From NCBI GenBank assembly GCA_013239625.1, contig MU056000.1:14908851-14972850 (forward strand): a stretch of 64,000 nucleotides of DNA. The letters run 5' to 3'. Numbering within the stretch: position 1 is the stretch's first letter; every line of letters starts with the position of its first letter. Origin of the DNA: Lama guanicoe. Its lineage: Eukaryota. Below the pieces are notes generated by a model. It saw nothing but the letters and a program-made list of their open reading frames with translations, did no database searches and was not told the DNA's origin. Positions 12,405-25,439 of this stretch are shown here, piece by piece. The position numbers and the translations under genes are program-made.

Positions 12405-13760
12405 ATTAACTCAACAAATAGTTTATTTTGGACTACAATTCCAGAGACCATATTACGCATTAGAAACCCAAGCTTCATAACAAAAAACACTAGGTCATGG
12501 GAGTGTACAGTCTAAAAGGAAAATAGAAAAAAGTGACATAACTGCATGAATGTATCTGAGACTACAGTCATGGGATTCTCAGAAGACTGTGATAGAGAAT
12601 TGCACAGTTCTAGAAAATATATGATATGAAATCTGACTTCATCAAATGGACAGAGGAGAAGAATTCCCTGAAGAAAAAAAACTGATCTCAGAAGGACAGA
12701 GATGGAAAGAGGACAAAAAATATTGCATGCATCTGAGAATGTGTATATGAAATAGAAGCACAGTGTAGCTGCATCACAGATAGACAGGTGGTATCCAGTT
12801 GTAGAGGAGACAGGGAAAAACAAGACAGTCCCAGATGTCATAGTTTTTTTTTTTAAGTTATTTTGTTCTTTGTTCTAAAAGTAATGGGGAATCATTTAAG
12901 TGAATAATAAAAGAAAATTTTGTTTTATTATTACCAGAATTTCATTTTAATAATAAAATACAGTTGAGTGAAAAAAGTTGGGAGGAACAAAATGTTTGGA
13001 AGGAAGGAAATAAAAATGTTGCTATAGTGGACCAGTTGGGAGGTAATGATTGCTCCAAATAAGTACTTTGGGGATAGATATATGTGCACTAATTTAGGAA
13101 ATATTTAAGATTCAAAATGGAAAATACATAGTGGAGAATTAGAACTTAGAGAGTTATCCAAGGTTACTCTGTTGCTGGATTGAGATACTTCTTTGAATAA
13201 TTGTTATATTCACGATGATAGAGGATTTAGGCAAGACTGGAAAAGAAGATTCCTTAAAGGAGGAAGACTGTAAACTCAGCTTTAAGTACCTGCAGAACTC
13301 CTCTGGGGTAGACATTCAAGCAAAGATGCAGATTTCCAATTTCAGAGTGAGGCTAGACTGGATGTAGAAGTTTGTGCATGATCTTTACACAGGTAATTAT
13401 TGGCATTGGAGTGACAGTGGGGTTTGGCTATGGAGCAATGAAAAAAGTAATAACGCACCCCCAAATATTGACCAAGTAGCCTGGGATAATGCTGAAAGAA
13501 GATCAAGAAAGAATAAATGAGTGTTAAGAGAAAACCAGGAGTGTGATGTCACATAATTGTTTCAAGAAAGAATCAACAAGGGCAGGAAGTGCTGAGACAG
13601 TAAGTAAAGGATACTGGCCAGCTTTCCAGGTGGAGATGTCAATGAAGATGTTAGCAGTGCTATTTCAAAGAGGTTATGGATAGAAAACAGATTTCCCTGA
13701 GTTATTAAGAGAACGGTAATGAGGAAATACAGCCAGTTTTCAAAGGTAACTATTTCAAGA
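12405..13760 (-). mobile_element. L2 LINE remnant
   Basis: L2 3' end in reverse (tcaacaaatagtttatt) followed by purine-rich L2 motifs (gtaatggggaatcatttaag, gagtgaggctagactggatgtagaagtttg, gaaaaccaggagtgtgatgtcac). Confidence 0.65.
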
Positions 13761-14420
13761 AATGGTTTGTCTGGGGAGGTGACAGGGCTACCTTCATTTG
13801 AGTTACATGCATCAACTGAAGATGCATGTAATTAAAATGGAGAATTAAAAAAAAATTGGACTATTGTGTATATTCAACAGAGAAATGGGATTGTATTACA
13901 TTTAGTAAATGGCATAAATCATTTATATTTTTTCCTAATAAAAATGACAAACAGAAAGCTTCATTTGGGAAATTAATACAGCTAAGATAAAATGATGACT
14001 TGGAGCTAAGCTTCTCTTGAAAGAAAGGAGAAAAAATGCAGAGACTGATACGAACATGTCTGTATGTGGACTTTTGGATTTGATGTACGTTGATGGCAGA
14101 GAGATGGATATAGAAAAATAGGGAAACTGATGTTATAGATAAAATTTACTGCAGCTGGTAAATTGGTTCTACTGATGGTAAAACGCAAGCAAATGTCAAG
14201 GATATAATTTTTGGTGTCTGAATGTATATAATGAAATGATTCATAGGAAGCATGAGGTTATTTCCTCCACATTGCTAAGTTCAATGATCAATTTCCTAAC
14301 TTGATTTTGCATGTCCTGGTAACAACACTTGGTAAAGGTTATCAGTCCTTTAAAATCCTTTCTCCACTTGGCTTTAGGAAAACACACACTCCTGATTTTG
14401 TCCAAAGGTCCTGGAATTGT

Positions 14421-14583
14421 GGGGAGGGCTCAGTGGTAGAACCTGTGCTTAGAATGCACAGGGTTCTGGGTTCAATCCCCAGTACTTCCATTAAAAAAAA
14501 AATCAGATAAAACAAATGAACCTACTTACCTCACCCCCCCAAAGAACCACCACCACCACCACCACCACCAACAACAACAACAG
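14421..14583 (+). mobile_element. tRNA-derived SINE, Vic-1-like (camelid)
   Basis: ggggaggg-ctcagtggtaga..gcttagaatgcacagggttctgggttcaatccccagtacttcca, then A-run, aacctacttacctcacccccc and a (CCA)n(CAA)n tail. B box gggttcaatccc. Diverged TSD caaaggtcctggaatt (14403-14418) / caaaggtactgtgatt (14584-14599). Confidence 0.88.
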
Positions 14584-14639
14584 CAAAGGTACTGTGATTC
14601 TTTTCTGGTTCCTTGGCAAAAACCTGAAGATATCCAGGG

Positions 14640-15732
14640 CACGGTTATTGGATAGCTCCATTTTACTGATTTACTGATTTTCTGCATGTTATTTTCCATT
14701 TAATAGCTTGAGGTGCCCTTGATAGGCTAGCAAGTCCTATATTTTTATCTCAGTCCTGAACTCTAACAAGATATCTTTAATACATTTGACTTTTTCACTG
14801 GGATCTCAAATAGGTGTCTCAAAATTAATGGGACCAAAACCCCTCTCCCGATTGGATCTTCCCCAGTAAGTGCCTGTTAATATTGCGATCTCTCTCCCTT
14901 CAGTGAATGAGTCCTCCACTCTGCTTGTTCTTTAGGCCATGATCTTGATGTTATTAGTCATACTTCACATCTATCCCATCAGAATACGTTGTTGGCTCTT
15001 AGTTCAGAATACATTCTGTATCTAAACACTTCTCACTGTTGCTACTTCTACAAAATCTCTTCCTAACTTCTGTTATTGCTTTTTGCCAACACATGGTTTC
15101 CATGCTCTTTTTGGTATAAACTAAGCATGCACATCCCTTAGAAGCTTTACATTTGCTAATCTCTCTGCTTGCAACACCCTTTACCATCATTTCTGCATAG
15201 CTTGCACTGTTATTTTTAAGTCCCTACACAAATATGTTTTTTAACAAAATTCTTCCTGAATACCATTACTAAAGAGATTACACCTCATTCCTACACTTTC
15301 TATTACTTTCCCATGCTTTATTTTTCCTCTTGGTAATACACCATAAAATGTAGCTTTATTTTCACTAGTTTATTTACATATTGCTTACCTCTGGCTTAAG
15401 CAGTACTATCCAATGGAACTTTCTGCGTGATGGAATTATTCTATATCTGGGCTTTCCAAATTGGTAATTGCGACCACGTGTGGATTTTTATATCATGAAA
15501 TATATAGAGTGACTAAGAAAATGGATCTTAATTTTATTTAGCTTACTTTAAAGCTTAATTTAAAGAGCCACACCTGGCCAGTGGCTATCATCTTGGACAG
15601 TAGAGAGCTAAAATGTTAAACTGTTATGGGGAAGGATTGTTGTCTGTTTTCTCTTCTTTAATTATTTTGCAAAGTCCAGTGTTTAAAGCATGGTAAGTGC
15701 CCAATACATGTATGCATTAGTGAATGAATGAA
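14640..15732 (+). mobile_element. L2 LINE 3' part, interrupted by MER3
   Basis: cactgggatctcaaataggtgtctcaaaattaat, gttggctcttagttcagaatacatt; typical terminus gtaagtgcccaataca..tgaatgaatgaa at ~15693-15732. Confidence 0.7.
15401..15604. mobile_element. MER3-like hAT-Charlie MITE
   Basis: cagtactatccaatggaactttctgcgtgatggaattattctatatctg ... agccacacctggccagtggctatcatcttggacag; ~200 bp with degenerate terminal inverted repeats. Confidence 0.8.
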
Positions 15733-16333
15733 AGTAGGAGTCCAATTGTTAGTTAACAATCTTAAATCTAGATCATGGGAGAGCAATAATTAATAAAGAT
15801 AAAACTGGAAGTTCATTAAAGAGAATTTTTTAAAATTTGAATTAAGAAAAAACTGAAGAATAAGCAGTCATATTTCAAAAAAAAATATTCCAAGGAGAGA
15901 TTTGCAATTAAAAATTGTAAAGAGTTTGAGGAGAATGAAAAGTATGAAAATAACATCCTTGACATTTGAGGAAATGATGAGTAACCACAAGTAGAGAAGA
16001 ACCAGTGCTTTGGTGAAGGAGTGTCAAGAAACTAACCTAGAGTTAAAAAAAAGTTTAGGATGGGGTTGGATTAGAGAGAGTTGGGCAAATTAGGCAAATT
16101 GGCATATTAGCCATTTATTAAAGACTGCAAGAAAAAAGATCACATTATAACAGTGGAGAAATGTTATAATTCGTATTTGTTTATTTTTGGCTTAATAACA
16201 ATTGAGTACATGTATGACCATTGGTACAAAAACAAGGAGACTGACGTTAAGGAGCAAAACATAATTCCAAGGTCTTAGAAAATATATCTTTGAATTGACT
16301 CAGATTATACAGATTTAAATTGGAAAAGAAGCG

Positions 16334-16335
<2 letters not shown>

Positions 16336-16372
<37 letters not shown>
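16336..16372. repeat. (TC)n microsatellite
   Basis: Perfect dinucleotide run of ~18 units. Confidence 0.98.
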
Positions 16373-16375
<3 letters not shown>

Positions 16376-17637
16376 GGTGGAAAGGAAATCTTAAAAGAAG
16401 CAATAAGCAGAAAAGTTAGTTAAGGAATGTCTTTTCAGTCATCCTGAATTATAACAGGACAGAAAGAAACCACTTAATTTAACTAAAGGATAACACTGCT
16501 CTGGAAAATGTAATAGATATTAATTAAGTGTTGTTGAGTAAAAATACATGCCCAGCTGAGGTTAGAAAACATGAAAAAATAATGTTTTCATGAGTATTGA
16601 CAATCATATTTGTCAACTCTGGTGTTAGGAGACAGAAAAAGACAGGGAAAAACAAGAGCATTTCAAACTCTGTAATTTCATGCGTAATGTTAAAAAAGTT
16701 AATCTGTGGCAAGATGACAAAGAATCAGGGGACCTGTACAGAGGAAGGTAAGTATGTTGTGATGATTAAACTTCCTGGAAGAGGTAATATAGCATAATAC
16801 AATATGCCTGAAGGACCCTGACAAACTGCTACAACGTAAAGCAAGTTGATATTACAGCTACATTTATTCCTGTCCATTGACAGGTTTCATTGTAGAAGTA
16901 AATTTAGCTAATGCACCTATAGTGTAATTGCTTTAAATTAAAAAAAAATGAATACCTAGGATAAAACTGATTATAATAGGTTATAAACTTGCTAATATAT
17001 TTTCCACACAGTCTACAATGAAATAGAGTTTTTAGATAATATTTATCTTTTCCATTATGAGTTTTTTCAGGGCTTTGAGAACGGTTTCTTATTCAGAGAA
17101 TGAATTCCTTTCTTTAATCAGTAAATGCAGTTTAATTTCTCAGTATTAGCTTTCACATATTAGAATGTAAACTTTACTCCTTTACCGCACACTACATTCT
17201 GTGCACACTCGAGAACATCTTCCTGGTGTCTGAACTCCTGTGCTGTCCTGAGCATCGTAAGCTGTCAGCTGTAGGACTTGGCTTAACCCTTTCTTTCGCC
17301 TGTGAGGGTGGTTCTGGCTGTTTTATAGTTCCGTCCTCCTGACTGTGACACTTACGGGGAAGTTCAAGTTAAAAAATTCACTCAGGTAGTTTGCGGTGGC
17401 ACCAGGATTTAGCATCCTGACCTCAGTGCTGCTTTGTCTCATGTACTCTTTCAGAATTTCTCTGTATTTGAAATGGTAAATCCCAGCTTTATGATCTGAC
17501 ATCAAAGGCCACTCAGGAACTCGTCCCCACATAGATTGATGATTTATAGTCTCCAGCAGAAAATTCTCAGACCAGTTTGAACACTTTCTTCCTGGGCCTC
17601 ACATGTTCCTACTTCTTGGTTCAGTAACTAATTTTCC

Positions 17638-18006
17638 TGCAGTGGACCAAATGTTTCTGTCTCTTCCCAAACTCATATATTGAAATCCTAACTGTGATGA
17701 TGTTGGGAAGTGGGATCTTCGGAAGGTGACTGGAATTAAATGAAGTCATGAGGGTGGAGCCCTGATGAATGGAATTTGTGTTCTTTTAAAAGAAACAGGA
17801 CAAAGATCCCAGGGCTCCTTCTGCCAAGTGAGGTGACAGTGATAAGAGGGCTGTCGGTGAGGAAGTGGGTCCCGTACAGACACCACATCTGTTGGTGTCT
17901 TAATCTTGAACTTCCCAGCCTCCAGAATTGTGAAAAATAAAGGCTTGTTGTTTACAAGCCACCCAGTTTATGGCACTTTTTATAGCAACCAGAAAAGACT
18001 GAGACA
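17638..18006 (+). mobile_element. MaLR solo LTR (MLT1A-like)
   Basis: TG start; aaactcatatattgaaatcctaa..gtcatgagggtggagccctgatgaatgg..gaacttcccagcctccagaattgtgaaaaataaa..gactgagaCA. Confidence 0.88.
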
Positions 18007-18637
18007 CCTCTTCATTTAACCTGCCAAAAACGAAGTCTTAGTAATATAGTTTTTAAAGTTTGCATGTCTGAAAATGCCTTTATTCCACCTTCACGTTTGA
18101 TTTGGGGTTTGGTTGGATGCCAATGTCTATTTTAAATTCTGTTGACTTTGCTATTTAAAACCACTCCTTTCACATTCCGTGTTCTAGATGGGAGTTTGGT
18201 GCCCATCTTTATTGTCCCTGTTTTATGACATGTTTATTTGGTTTTATTTCTTACCGTCTATTTAGTTTTTGCTCAAGTTTTCAAAATCTTATTTACATTT
18301 AAAAGAGCTTATAATTCGTAATTTTATTGTTTTTGATGACAGATGCCTTTTTTATAGACCCAGTTTCTTCTTGAAGAATGCTTCCTGCATCAGAAAAAAC
18401 AGCAACAACAATATGTCTCTATGGTTGATTTAAATTAATTTCTGTGGCACAGTGTCTAGTGACATTGCCAATTTTGCTGATTGAAACGTTGTTTTTAATG
18501 ACTTGGTTAACTCTATGTAGACAAAACAGTCTGGAAAACAAAATGATCAAGAAATAGATACCTAGAAAATGATTAGATATTGGTAAGTTCCCTGTCTTTT
18601 TTATATATTGGTTTAAGTTCTAGATGCATCCTATACA

Positions 18638-19004
18638 CTACTTAGTCCATTCAAGCTGCTATAACAAAATACCATAGACTGAGTGGCTTGTAAACAACAG
18701 AAATTTTTTTCTCACAGTTGTAGAGGCTTGAAGTCCAAGATCAGGGTGCTAGCATGGTTCAGTTCTGGTAAAGGCACTCTTCCAACTTGCAGACTTCTGA
18801 CTTTTTGCTTTATCCATACAAGGCTAATGGCAGAGAGCAGCAAGCTCCTAGAGACTCTTATAAAGCCTGTAATCCTACTCATGAGGACTCTGCCCTCAGA
18901 CCTCATGGGATCCTAATTGCCCCAACTCCTAATACCATCACACTGTGGGGGTAGGGTTTCAGCATAGGAATTTAGGAGGAGCACAAACATTATGGATTAC
19001 GAAC
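18638..19004 (-). mobile_element. MaLR solo LTR (MLT1A-like)
   Basis: cttagtccattcaagctgctataacaaaataccatagactgagtggcttgtaaacaacagaaatt..aagtccaagatcagggtgctagcatggt..aataccatcacactg. Confidence 0.88.
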
Positions 19005-19844
19005 ATATATAAATATATATATATATTTATATTTACAGAAAAAAAAGGGAGAAAGAAAAAATGGAAGAGATTTCTGCCAATCAGAAATACATGAATTAAG
19101 GAAAATGAGAGCCAGAAATTTTGAAGATGTATTTTTTTCTATAACTAAACTCTCTGCAGTCACTTTTATTGCTTTTATCTACTAAGCTGTTTTGATTAGT
19201 CACTTTGTTGAGGCACTTTTGAATCTTGTTTATAGCAACTCAGCTCACTCTGTTATCTGTGTTTATGCAAATGAGACCTTTCTTTGCTATATCCCCTTGG
19301 GCTTACCTTCAAATGTTATCATTCTTTATATTGTAATTGTGTCTCAATAACATCATACCTTATGTTTCAAAAGGAAAGTTTCAGACTTTGAAACTATACT
19401 CTGATTTATGATTAATATTGTATTGCTTTGTTATCTATCCCTCAAAAGACATATTATATAATGTTGGGGAAGTATGTATGTGTATATGTTGTTTCCTGTA
19501 GCACCCAAATTTAACATGCATATTGCTAGAAAGTATTTTAAAATTAGAAAGAATATAATTATATGACATCCTTTAAATTTTCAGAAACTTAAAATCCTTC
19601 TGGAATGATTACCAGTTTACTGTCAAAAATCATTTTTATAACTTTACTTGCTGGTTAAGGGGATTTTAGATCTTGGCCTTATTAACAATTTTTTTCATCA
19701 GAAAAAAAGAGATAATGATTAGCTTGGTGCCCGGGAGTTCTGTGTGTTCCTTTGGCAGAGATAAGTTACACATTTGGAACAAGGTAGCAAAGTGATATTA
19801 CAGTGTTTTGTGAAATCTTACATTTTTAAATAACTGTCCAGGAA

Positions 19845-20210
19845 ATATGTTCTGGTTATTTTCCATCTGCTACCATGTTTCTTCCATGTGGTCAGTCCAG
19901 GATGCTGACCTTAACAGACTGCACCATCTAAATCCCCTTTGCCATCTTGCTTTCAGTGGACTTGGGAGGAGACAGTTTGGGTCCATGTCCTTCTTGCTCT
20001 CTCCTTGCAGGGTAAACGTTTAGTAGTGGTGGAATTTCCCTAGCTCCTCTTTGGGTGTCATCTCCATCAGCCTCCTGTCCCTTTAGATTCCATTAGGATC
20101 TTTCTCCCTTCACACCCTCAGGACTGAGATAATAGGGTTCTCTCACCACCACTCCCTATTGCAAGTTCTGGATAATTTACCATCTCTTGTTGGTTCCATT
20201 CAATTAACCT
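19845..20210. mobile_element. Old ERVL-class LTR (LTR33-like)
   Basis: ggatgctgaccttaacagactgcaccatc..cccctttgccatcttgctttcagtgga..accatctcttgttggttcc; resembles the copy at ~36560-36980. Confidence 0.5.
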
Positions 20211-20439
20211 TTAAAGATGTTAGAATTATGCCTGCATAAAATCGCTGACAGTTGTCTCTATTCTAATGATGGCATAAAGGATGAGGAGAATCATTCTCCC
20301 TGAAGGCATTTCTAGACCAAATAGACTGAGCAGAACCATGGAAAAATCATTCAAGATGAAGTGGTTTAACCTCTATAGACACTTAGAGCAATAAATCTCA
20401 GCAGCAGAGAAACTAAGATAAAACAATACATGTTTAGCA

Positions 20440-20646
20440 TTCCAGCCAAGGTTCTGTGGGAGAGTTGAGGGCTTCAGTGGCTGCGCCAATTGGGGGGTGA
20501 ATGTAAGGCTGGTGGATTGTCATTGCCACCTCTCCCCTCTGGACTTTGATGGTAGTCTGGATTATGTGTTGGAGAAAGCCAAGAAAGGCAATGTTATGGC
20601 TCTTGTGGTGGTTGCTGAACATTCAGGAGAATTTGAAAAGATTATG
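20440..20646 (+). pseudogene. TATDN3: TATDN3 retrocopy fragment (probable 5'UTR + first ~53 codons only)
   Basis: Translation V.LVDCHCHLSPLDFDGSLDYVLEKAKKGNVMALVVVAEHSGEFEKIM matches the recalled TATDN3 N-terminus (VGLVDCHCHLSAPDFDRDLDDVLEKAKKANVVALVAVAEHSGEFEKIM), including the TatD DxHxH motif. ATG is lost and similarity ends abruptly at 20646. Confidence 0.93.
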
Positions 20647-22270
20647 TTGGAAATAATAGACAGTAATTTTAAAATACAATAAAATAAAGAGAATGATATG
20701 TTAAAAACTCAAGTAAGAAGGGTTGACAGCATGCATAAAAAATGGGAATTCCAGCAGAGAGAAGAAACTGTGAGAAAGGATTAAATAAAAATGGTATAAA
20801 TAAATAACACACTAAATCAAAAATCACTGAGAAATTTTTCCTCTTGAGGCAGATGGACATGGTCTGCCCAAGAGTGAGGCAGGACGAGCACAGCTGAGAC
20901 ACACTGTTCACCATCACCATATGTTTTATATATTTATATGAAATAAAATAGACTTTAACCAAAGATTACTAATAAAAATTATCACGGGTATTTCACGATA
21001 AACATGATCAAAACAGAAGAAATATATGAAAGAATATATAACCTTAAGGTAGAGGTCAAACTCCATGAAGAAAAGCCTAATAAAACTAGACGTAGAAACA
21101 CCAAATTTTTTTCAATTATTATTTGGAGATGATGGTTGAAGATTTCCATGCACTTCTATCAGAGAAAAATGATATGCTTTTGTACAACATCAGTAAGTGT
21201 GTTCTGTTAGCCAGCCTCCATGCCGACCTCCAATGGCTCCAACCTCCTTGTATTCCAGTCTCTTGTAGTGTCCTCTAATGTTTTACCAGAAATGGTCTAT
21301 ATGACCAACAGCATGTGTAGAAGCAGTAGTATATTACTTCAAACTACAATCAATCCAAATGTTGTTCAACTAGTGTACAGCTATTAAAGGCCATGTCTCT
21401 CTGTGTCTCTCTGATTTTTATTAATTGTCGAAGACTCAACAAATTGTAATTTTAAAATTAGTGAATTTTATTTTGTGTAAGTTATACATAAATGAAGCTG
21501 TTAAATGTCACAAATTTTTTTTTAAAAAGATACATTAGCCTACATTAAATTTAAGGATTCGTATTTACCAAAATACAGAATTAAAGTAGTGAGTGTGTGA
21601 GACCAGCTGCAGACTGGTGGAAGATTCCCCAATATGCATATCTGAAATAGATATATATCCAGAATAGGTAAACCATTCTTATAAATAATTAAGAACAAAC
21701 ATACTCAACCTAATAAATAATTAAAGATGCATTAGTATAATAATTTAAAAAACAAAGGAGCATAAACCAGACTATTTAAATGTCCAATTAATAAAATATA
21801 CTTGGCATGAGTAATCATCAAGGATAATAAAATTGCAACCACAGTATTGTTCTACTGCACTTTCCCAACAAAATGTCTAAAATTAGAAGAGCAGAAAGTA
21901 CTGATATTATGAAAGATGTAGACCAACTTGAAATCTTACATTCCTAGTGAAACTGAAAAATTGAACAACTATTTTGGAAAATTATTTTTCGGGATTTCTA
22001 AAACTTTTGAGCAAAAGAAATCAGACACACAACATATGACACAATTTCCATTCAAAAGGTGCATGAGAGAATTGTGGATCACAGATGTGGTATGTCTCTT
22101 GAAGAGTATAATGATTTTCTGGGTATATAAAATTGCAATACCTTATCAAGCTCAAAAATATGTTTTACTCAATAGTAACAAAATAAATAAACACTTTATG
22201 TTAAAAGATTAAATAAATATAGTTTCAAGAAAATTATATGAGAAAACAGGCCTCTGATTCAATTTTATAC
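20644..22270 (+). mobile_element. Highly decayed L1M fragments (ORF1, ORF2 and 3' pieces), with an MLT1-like fragment near 21200-21340
   Basis: atgttggaaataatagacagtaattttaaaata..gggttgacagcatgcat..gggaattccagcagagaga (ORF1-like); cagactggtggaagattc..atatgcatatctga..atatccagaata (ORF2 3'-like). Confidence 0.55.
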
Positions 22271-24770
22271 TTTCCTCAAAATAAAGAATAAAGTGAATAA
22301 AAAAGTAAAAGTAAAGTCTTTTTTTAAAAAATTGTATTCATGTATGCACAACATTCAAATTTGATAAGACAATATTTATATTGGGTATATTCTGAAAATG
22401 GATATTTAATTATCTGATTATTATCTTCATTTATGATAGATTAAAATTTAAGAAAAGTAAAAATTGAGAGTACAATAGAATGTATTATAAATAGTTATAA
22501 ATCCATTTTGTAATTGATAGTATCAAAATTAACATTTTGGAAGAAATTCTGATATGAAGCCAGGAAATAATTAAGCCTTTTTTCCTATATTGTCTGGTAT
22601 TCCTTTGCTTTGATTAAAAGGTGATGATTCATAATTATTTTCCTTACTTAGATATACATACTACATCCATTATTTTAAGGGTTTTTTTGCATCTGACCAT
22701 TTCTATAGAAATTTATTTTTATTACAGTAACATTTCAGAAATGTAAAGTAAGTTGCTGAAAAATCCCTTTCTTCTAGAAGTTTCCCAGAATCAATATTTA
22801 TATCGTGATTATGATGTCATCAAAATAAATTAGAGACACATAAGAATTGCCTCTTAATCAAAAATTGTAAAGCTTATTCTGAGAGAACGTGACCCATATT
22901 TTGAATCTTTGGAAAATGTTTAGAAATAAAAGCAAATTGAAGTGCAGAAGAACACATTTTCAACCTTAATGCCACATTTTTCTTATGTAAATGAATATAT
23001 GAAGTGGTTGAGGCCAATCAATTAAATAAATATGTTAATAATAAAATGACTCATTAAAGAAATGCATAATAGACATTTTTAATTGATCCATGTATTCACA
23101 GAATAATTTCTGAATAAAGTGATGATTTTGGGGGGCAGGAAGAAAGTCTGTGTATGATACAAAAGCTTGAAATATTCTAATAAGTTACCAGATTTATTTT
23201 TGTAATCCCATAGTTGGCTTCTTTCTCTTCTATTCTTCCAATTCAATACAAATTTTGACTTGATTTTGGAAGAAATATGAACCTTAGATAGATTGATATT
23301 ATGGAACACTGTATTCGAGGAAGCACAAAGCAGTGTAATGCTATAGTCACTCTTTTTTGGATTTTTTTGTGACAGATAAAGAAAAAAAATTACAGGTGCA
23401 GGTGAATAATAGCTTGTCAAAAAGAACAAGGGAAATGAAGATACTTGTAAAGTTGTATCTTCATTTGAATTATTTATATGAAAAAGGAAAAATGAATTTT
23501 TTACACATAGAGCAAAATATGCTGCAATTTCTTTAACCTGTGCTTTAAATAGACAAGTAGAATCTGTTGTTGCATTATTTCCAGTATGAAAAGAGTAAGA
23601 ACAGACTTGTCCTTCAGAAATTCTTCAAAGAATAAAATTTGAGAGTAAAACTTATACCAGCCTCATTTGTGAGAAAGCGTAATAGCATTTCAGCAAACTC
23701 TAGATGGTCTTCAAGGAACAATCAAACCATATACATCTGCTATGACTAGAACACAGATTATGGTTTATTTTCAGCATCTGATGGAGATTAAGTGGTTCAG
23801 TACATGATAAACTTAGGCTAAAGGAACCTAAACCACAGGTCTTAGTCTGCAGGATTCTTGAGGCATTGCCTTGGGAAATATTATGAAAGAGCCATGGGAC
23901 TTGATAGGAGAACCAATTTCCAGATAATCACGGTTGATAGAGGTGTGAGCCATTTTGGATGTGTTGTTACTTTTTATAATTATCTTAGGTACTAGATGTG
24001 TAAAATAGTTATACAGCAGTAAATTTTATCTGATTTTTAATTTCTTCCTTTCTTCAAACCTTTAATGAATGCCAATGGGGTTTATATTTTAAATTTGAGG
24101 GAATATAAAAAAGAAACTTGGTGATTTACCACACAGTTATTATTTGTAGATAAATATTATAATTTGCCTTTAAGGTGTATTCTACCCACCCAGACACTAA
24201 CTGTATAGATTCAGAGATTTTTTTCCCTATAATTCTAGTTTTCAAATACCCTATACATGAAAATTAGTTTTCATAATTGAGAAATGACTTGAACTATATT
24301 ACTGTGTGAATTAATTATTTTCTAGGCATTTCCTCTCAGGAAATTAAGAATCAAGAGGAGATTGTGATTGAAGGATGTGTAGGTCTCAGGTGTCTTTAAA
24401 GTAATGATAAGGAAATTCTATAGGTTGGCCTTGAAAAATTACTACATAGTTATAGCCATCGTTTCAATTAAATTAATCATACATTGGAGATTGCATTTTC
24501 TGATCAATTCAGTGCATAATAACTTGCCTTCAAAGTTTACTGATATAATTAATAGGTTGGAACAGAAAAATATCCTAGTAAAAGTTCTTAGACTTCATTA
24601 GATCACACAGCATTTTGAATATCTGAATAGACCACTGAGCCATCCTCCTAATAAATGCGGTTATTTATATATATGATCATATACACAATTTCCAGTGTTT
24701 TACAAAACTCTGTATACAAAACTGTATTAGTCATGGTTCTCCAGGAAAAGATAAACAATAATAGACAGAT

Positions 24771-24772
<2 letters not shown>

Positions 24773-24831
<59 letters not shown>
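24773..24831. repeat. (GATA)n tetranucleotide microsatellite
   Basis: ~14-15 perfect GATA units. Confidence 0.98.
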
Positions 24832-25114
24832 TTATTTTAAGGAATTCGATTGACTGGGAAGATCCAACTCCTCAAAGTAGGCCAGCAGGCTTCAACCCCA
24901 GGAGAGCTGATATTGCAGTTTACACCTGAACACCATCTGCTGTAGAATTCCCTTTTGTGTGGTGAAGGTCAGTCTTTCTGTTTTACATAGGCCTTCAACT
25001 GACTGGATGAGGCCCACCTACATCATGAAGGGTAATTTATTTTAACTGACTTCACTGATTTAAATGTTAATTCTGTCCAAAAGTAGCTTCACAAAAACAT
25101 CCAGAATAATGTTT

Positions 25115-25439
25115 TTTTCTCCTTGCTGCCCCTCTGTCTCTTTATATTTTTATTTAATTTTATTGAAATATAGTTGGCATACAATGTCATGTTACTTTTG
25201 AGTATACAGCCCAGTGGTTAAGTTTTACACATATATATTCCTTTTCCTATTCATTTTTATTATAAGCTATTACAAGGTATTGAAAATAGTTTTCTGTGCT
25301 ATATAGGACCTTGTTGTTCATCTATTTTGTATATGGTAGACAGTATGTACAAATCCCAAACTCCCAATTTATCCCTCTACCCTCCCCAGCTTTGCCTCCT
25401 GGTAACCATAAGCTTGTTCTCTATGTCTGTGAGTCTGTT
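25115..25439 (-). mobile_element. Short 5'-truncated L1 3' end with 17-bp TSD
   Basis: Similar to the 3' end of the L1 at 6910-7220. Perfect TSD catccagaataatgttt at 25098-25114 and 25440-25456. Confidence 0.93.

Noticed and set aside
14421..14490. tRNA gene
   Set aside because: The tRNA-like head is followed by a SINE body, tail and TSD, and the A-box region is damaged.
20497..20682. Functional TatD nuclease gene or a real TATDN3 exon
   Set aside because: No ATG, only the N-terminal ~50 residues, no splice donor at the end of similarity, and it runs into L1-like sequence.
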